Shown piece by piece: positions 57,702-64,000 of a DNA stretch of 64,000 nucleotides. The notes beneath the pieces were generated by a model. It worked only from the letters and a program-made list of their open reading frames with translations, did not search any database and was not told the origin of the DNA. The translations under genes were made by a program, and so were the position numbers. Numbering within the stretch: position 1 is the first letter of the stretch; each line of letters opens with the position of its first letter. The stretch is from Mobula hypostoma (lineage: Eukaryota): assembly GCF_963921235.1 (NCBI RefSeq), contig NC_086098.1, forward strand, positions 8,432,001 through 8,496,000, in the 5' to 3' direction.

Positions 57702-58274
57702 CATGGTCTTTACTGGGGCCTTGTTATTGCTTGCTTGGAGGGTGGAGGGTACTGATACCTCTATGTGGAAGTGGGTGGGGGGTGTCAATGCTTTGCTGCT
57801 GCTTGTGTGTGGGAGGGGGAAATGGGGGATCTTTGGGGTTCCAACATTTTAACTGTCTCTCTTTCTTTGGGGCTTGCTTTCTTTCGGACCATGGAGCTTA
57901 GAAAAATAGAGGGCTATGGGTAACCCTAATAATTTCTAAGGTAGAGATATGTTCGGCACAACTTTGTGGGCCAAAGGGCCTGTATTGTGCTGTAGGTTTT
58001 CTATTTTCTATCTTCTATGAGCTTCTATACATAGACTGGTTGTATGCACACAAAGTGACACTAGGTACAGGAGTATCTGTATATAAGCATTTTCATTTCT
58101 GTAACATCTGATTGGTGTTACCAAAGAGAGTGACTGATGCAGGTCAGTGCTTTCAATTCTGACCGTTGTCATACAGATTTCCTTCTGAGACACCGGAGGA
58201 CGACGGCCAGTGGCTGGGAGATAAAGGCTATGAGCTGACGGCACGGTTAATCACAGAGTACACTAAAGTTAAAC

Positions 58275-58495
58275 AAAGCACTCCAATGGGTCATTAGGAT
58301 GGTCCAGCACAACACTGGGACTCAACTACCGGACTTGGAGACAATCTCGATGTCTACCGCACGCTCGTAATACCATCCCATCCTGGACACTGTCTGTTGA
58401 ATCTCCTGCCATTTGGTGGGAGATACAGAAACGTTCCAGCCAAGACAGTAAGACAGGAAAATAGTTTGTTCCCGAGGGTTGTTGTGCAGCTGGAT
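58275..58495 (+). mobile_element. Old Rex1/Babar C-terminal fragment
   Basis: My translation: KALQWVIR...TGTQLPDL and PSHPGHCLLNLLPFGGRYR...NSLFP. Confidence 0.75.
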
Positions 58496-59554
58496 AATGC
58501 TACACCCCGGCTTGCCAATGGCCTTTGAGTGTTGTGGACTTTCCAAGTAAATTGCTGCATGTAAATATGGGAATTTCCCTATCTCTCTCTTTTTTGATGG
58601 TGAGTGAGAGTTTGTTGACCTTGAGTCGGTGGAACTCGAATAAGTGATGCTGCAGTTCACAATATCAAAACAGTGAGTGGTTGGCCTCCCCTCTCGCTGT
58701 GGCGGGGGCGATATCTCTCTTTCCCCATTAGTGAGAGAGAGAGAGCCTGTTCAGATGTCTAAGTGGTTCCTGATGGACTACAGATTATAGTCGTTGCAGT
58801 CTTACTAGCATGGTGGGTGGTGGGGGGGAGGGCTGATGATTTTGCTGCAGCTTGTGGGTTTTTTGAGGGGGGCTTTGGGGTGCTAACGTTTTCTATCATT
58901 CGTTCTATTTCGTGGATGTCTGTGAAGAGTAAGAATTTCAGGTTTACATTCTCTGATATTGAATTGAACCATTGATTTTTTTTGATGAAACCGTACCGCA
59001 TGCATTGTAAGTATCTGTTTTGCACGGACTGGATTAGCATTGCAATCTTTCCGTCTTGAGCAATGACAATAAAGTCCTAGTTTATTCTATTCTATGTCCT
59101 AAAATTCAAGCAGGCACACTGTGCATTTACTATTATCAATACCGCTACATAAAATTTGATAAAGCAGATTTGGCGACAAAGACAGACACAAAAAAGGCCA
59201 CAGATCAACAGACACAAAATGCCTGAAACAATGACTGTCCATTCCTCTCCACAGATGCTGCTTGACCTGTTGAGATCTTCTAGCACTTTGTATCCGTTAC
59301 TTCAGATTTCCAGATTCTGCAGAACCTCTTGTGTCTATTAGTCCAAATCATCTACTGTTTACTTCTCTCCATAGATGCTGTGTGATCTGATTTGTTGCTC
59401 CAGCATTTTTGTGTGTGTTGAATTGGTTATAAACGATGGTCTGATAGAAGCTGAGAGATCACTGGTGAACCTATAGACCTGCAGTGCTGCCTGCACACTG
59501 AGCACAGAAATTATAGATCATGGAGGACAACTGTTATCAATTGTGGCGGGTTGC

Positions 59555-59800
59555 AGTGTACGGTAGCGTAGTGGGTAGCACAACACTAGCGACCCAGGTT
59601 CCATTGCTACCACTGTCTGTTAGCAGTTTGTATGTTCTCCCCATGACCATGTGGGTGTCCTTCAGATGCTCGGGTTGCCTCCTACAGTCCAAAGGCATAT
59701 CAGTGATTAGGTTAGAATTAAATCAGCGGGTTGCCAGGTAGCACGGCTCGAAGGGCCAGAAGGGCCCATTCTACGTTGTATCTCGATTAATAAATAAATA
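59555..59800 (+). mobile_element. V-SINE (HE1-like) with CR1-type tail
   Basis: GGTAGCGTAGTGG head, V-domain, GGCTCGAAGGGCCAGAAGGGCC tail and (TAAA)n. Confidence 0.85.
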
Positions 59801-60057
59801 ACTGACCTTGCAGTCTGCCTCTGGAACCCCCACTGAATCCAACGGCAACAGTTCGGGAACAGCTTCTTCCCCTCCACCATCAGATTTCTGAATGGTCCAT
59901 GAACCCATGAACACTACCACACTATTTTGCTCCCTTTTTGAACTAATTATTTATTTGTATGTTTCTCACTGTAACTTACAGTTATTTAATGCACTGAACC
60001 AAACTGCTGCATTGAAACAACAATATTCATGCCGTAGAAACTTTATTATGTACCACC

Positions 60058-60531
60058 TGAGATCCTGCTTTTTGCGGCGGACGGAGTGTAGGTGCTCAGC
60101 GAAGCAGTCTCCCAATCTACGTCGGGTCACCAATATATGGGAGCCCACACCGGGAGTACCGGATACAGCAGATGACCCCAATAGATTTTCAGGTGAAGTG
60201 TGGCCTCATCTGGAAGGACTGTTTGGAGCACTGAATGTGGTGAGGGAGGAGGTGTGGGGACAGGTGTGATATTTATTCTGCTTGCAAGGATAAGTACCAG
60301 GAGGAAGATCAGTGGAGAGGGACGGGTGGACAAGGGAGTTTCACCTATCACCTACCACCTTGTACTTTTTCCTCCCCTTCCCACACCTTCTGACTCTGAA
60401 TCTCCTCCTTCTTTCCAGTAACGATGAAGGGTCTCAGCTTGAAATGTTTATTCATTTCTATGGATGATGTCTGACCTTCATTTCGTGTGTATCCCTTTGG
60501 ATCTCCAGCATCTGCAGAATTTCTCATGTTT
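60058..60531. mobile_element. Penelope-like element: minus-strand GIY-YIG fragment (60058-60339) with an inverted plus-strand pseudo-LTR (60340-60531)
   Basis: Minus strand TRRRLGDCFAEHLHSV. Plus strand decayed hammerhead GATGAAGGGTCTCAGCTTGAAA and a CCAGCATCTGCAGAATTTCTC end. Confidence 0.85.
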
Positions 60532-60743
60532 GAGGATGAGGTGTAACTTGATAGAGATATACAGGTTGATAAGAAGCATAGACAGAGTGGAAAACCAGAG
60601 ACTTTTTCGCAGGGCAGAAATGGTTAATACAAGGGAGCATAACTTTAGGGTGACTGGAGGGAAGTTTAGGGGGATGTCTCTTCTTTTACCCGGAGAGTAG
60701 TTGAATGCACTGGCAGGATGGTTCTAGAGGGACATTAAAAAAA

Positions 60744-62488
60744 CTCGTGAAAAGTATTCATCCCTCTTGGAAGTTTTCATGTTCTATTGTTTTACAACAT
60801 TGAATCACAATGGATTTAATTTGGCTTTTTTGACACTGATCAATAGAAAAAGACTCTTTCATGTCAAAGTGAAAACAGATCTCTACAAAGTGATCTAAAT
60901 TAATTACAATGTAAAACACAAAATAATTGATTGCATAAGCATTCAGCTATATAACACACCAACTCATCACTGGTGCAGCCAGTTGGTTTAGAAGTCACAT
61001 AATTAGTTAAATGGAGATCACTGTGTGCAGTCAAGGTGTTTCAATTGATTGTAGTAAAAATACACCTGTATCTGGAAGGTCCAACTGCTGGTGAGTCAGT
61101 ATCCTGGCAAAAACTACACCATGAAGACAAGAAGAGCACTCCAAGCAACTCCACAGAAAGGTTGTTGAAAAGCACAAGTCAGGAGATGGATACAAGAAAA
61201 TTTCCAAATCACTGAATATCCCTTGGAGTACTGTTAAGTCAATCAACAAGAAATGTAAAGAATATGGCACAGCTGTAAATCTGCCTAGAGCAGGCCATCC
61301 TCAGAAACTGAGTGACTGTGCAAGAAGGGGACCAGTGAGGGAGGCCACCAGGAGACCTGTGGCAACTCTGGAGAAGTTACAAGCTTCAGTGGCTGAGATG
61401 GGAGAGACTGCACATACAACAACTGTTGCCCGGGTGCTTCACCAGTTACAGCTTTATGAGAGAGTGGCAAAGAGAAAGCCACTGTTGGAAAAACAATTCA
61501 CATGAAATCTCAGCTAGAGTTTGCCAGAAGGCATGTGGGAGGCTCTGAAGTCAGCTGGAAGAAGGTTCTGTGGTCTGATGAAACCAAAATTGAGCTTTTT
61601 GACCATCAGACTAAACGCCATGATTGGTGTAAGCCAAACACCACACATCATCAGAAACACACCATCCCTACCGTGAAGCATGGTGGTGGTTGCATCATGC
61701 TGTGGGGATGCTTCACTGCAGCAGGCCCTGGAAGGCTTGTGAAGGTAGAGGGTAAAATGAATGAAGCAAAATACAGGGAAATCCTGGAGGAAGACTTGAT
61801 GCAGACTGCATGATTAGATTATAAGAACACTCAGTCCTCTTTTATTGTCATTTAGAAATGCATACATGCATTAAGAAATGATACAATGTTTCTCCGGAGT
61901 GATATCACAGAAAACAAGACGGACCAAAGATTAACACTGACAGAACCACATAATTATAACATATAGTTACAGCAGTGCAAAGCAATACCATAATTTGATA
62001 AAGAACAGACCATAGGCACAGTAAAAAATAGTCACAAAGTCCCAAGACAATCGACTCCCGAGTCCCCGATAGCAGGCGGCAAAAGGGAGAAACTCCCTGC
62101 CATAAACCTCCAGGCACTGTCAACTTGCCGATACCTTGGAAGCAGCCGACCCCAGCCGACCCGGAGTCCATCCGTCCGAAAACTCCGAGCTTCCGAGAAC
62201 TGTGACTTAGGAGAAGATATGTTTTCCAGCAAGCCAATGACCCCAGGCATAAAGCCAAAACTACATAGGAATGGCTTAGAAACAAGTCAGAGTCCAGATC
62301 TCAATCCAATTGAGAATTGGTGGCTGGACTGGAAAAGGGCTGTTCACTCACGATCCCCATGCAATCTGACAGAGCTTGAGCAGCTTTGTAAAGAAAAAAG
62401 GGGAAAAATTGCAGTGTTGAAATGTGCAAAGAGACCTATCCACACAGACTCAAGGCTGCAATTGCTGCCAAAGGTGCATCTACTAAGT
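60744..62488 (+). mobile_element. Tc1-family transposon with a disrupted DDE transposase, interrupted at 61811-62194
   Basis: ATG at 61121 (frameshifted), [36 protein letters not shown] and SQSPDLNPIENWW. Confidence 0.95.
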
Positions 62489-62924
62489 TCCTCCTGCATT
62501 TTGTGTTTGTTACTGTCAGGGAATTTTTAAAATAAAGCTCAATACCAGACTTCTAGTGCCGCAGAACTCCCTCAGAAGCTGAAGATTGCTACTGGTACAA
62601 ATTACACCTGAATCTGACTTGTGTATAGTTATAGAACCACAGCACAGAACCTTTATGCTGCCTAGTTCCATCAACTTGCACGCAGACCATAGTCCTCCAT
62701 ACCCCACCCATCCATGTAATTATCCCAATTTCCCTTCGATGTAGAGTCATGATATTAAGTTTGTTCTGCTGGTGAATCTAGCTTAAACCAATGGTTCGCA
62801 TTTCTTGATATTTTTAAACCAGCTTTGCTTTCCAAATTTTCAAAATCAGAATCAGGCTTATTATCAAAGTTCAAAGTACATATATGTTGCTATATACAAC
62901 CCTGAGGTCCATTTTCTTGTAGAC

Positions 62925-64000
62925 ATAGGTGAGGTACCGGAGGATTAGAGAGTAGCTCATGTTGTTCCGTTGTTTAAAAAAGGATCGAAAAGTAATCCGG
63001 GAAATTATAGGCCAGTAAATTTAACGTCGGTAGTAGGTAAGTTATTGGAGGGAGTACTAAGAGACAGAATCTACAAGCATTTGGATAGACTGGGACTTAT
63101 TAGGGAGAGTCAACATGGCTTTGTGTGTGGTAGGTCATGTTTGACCAATCTATTGGAGTTTTTCGAGGAGGTTACTGGGAAAGTGGATGAAGGGAAGGCA
63201 GTGGATATTGTCTACATGGACTTCAGTAAGGCCTTTGATAAGGTCCCGCATGGGAGGTTAGTTAGGAAAATTTAGTCGCTAGGTATACATGGAGAGGTGG
63301 TAAATTGGATTAGACATTGTCTCGATGGAAGAAGCCAGAGAGTGGTGGTAGAGAATTGCTTCTCTGAATGGAGGCCCGTGACTAGTGGTGTGCCACAGGG
63401 ATCAGTGCTGGGTCCATTGTTATTTGTCATCTATATCAATGATCTGGATGATAATGTGGTAAATTGGATCAGCAAGTTTGCTGATGATACAAAGATTGGA
63501 GGTGTAGTAGACAGTGAGGAAGGTTTTCAGAGCCTGCAGAGGGACTTGGACCAGCTGGAAAAATGGGCTGAAAAATGGCAGATGGAGTTTAATACTGACA
63601 AGTGTGAGGTATTGCACGTTGGAAGGACAAACCAAGGTAGAACATACAGGGTTAATGGTAAGGCACCGAGGAGTGCAGTGGAACAGAGGGATCTGGGAAT
63701 ACAGATACAAAATCCCCTAAAGGTGGCGTCATAGGTAGATAGGGTCGTAAAGAGAGCTTTTGGTACATTGGCATTTATTAATCAAAGTGCTGAGTATAAG
63801 AGCTGGAATGTTATGATGAGGTTGTATAAGGCATTGGTGAGGCCGAATCTGGAGTATTGTGATCAGTTTTGGTCACCAAATTACAGGTAGGATATAAATA
63901 AGGTTGAAAGAGTGCAGAGAAGGTTTACAAGGATGTTGCCGGGACTTGAGAAACTCAGTTACAGAGAAAGGTTGAGTAGGTTGGGACTTTATTCCCTGGG
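62925..64000 (+). mobile_element. CR1 LINE RT pseudogene running off the window
   Basis: [35 protein letters not shown] and FADD, with in-frame stops. Confidence 0.96.

Overview
Eukaryotic DNA that is almost entirely transposable-element derived. The repeat repertoire points to a cartilaginous fish (shark or ray); this is an inference. It comprises CR1/HER1-type LINEs, Rex1/Babar LINEs, HE1-like V-SINEs, Deu-domain SINE remnants, Penelope-like elements, Tc1/mariner elements and Gypsy LTR elements. I could not confidently identify any host protein-coding exon. The long ORFs in the track are fragments of CR1 ORF2, Rex1/Babar RT, Gypsy pol, Tc1 transposase or Penelope GIY-YIG endonuclease, or their antisense shadows, and none is an intact autonomous gene. 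The window is probably a large intron or intergenic DNA with deep nesting. Main observations: (1) two identical, intact minimal hammerhead-ribozyme cores in young Penelope pseudo-LTRs (5923-5958 minus, 39513-39548 plus), with several decayed or split copies; (2) a composite DNA element of two palindromic mini-MITEs bracketing captured cargo, intact at 50426-50949 and split by CR1 insertions at 8812-12946; (3) modular SINEs that swap 3' modules; (4) a three-TIR foldback mariner derivative; (5) a minisatellite born from CR1 ORF2; (6) two solo LTRs with target-site duplications. Family names come from translated motifs and my recall of family consensus features, not from database searches. Element boundaries are approximate unless a TSD is quoted.
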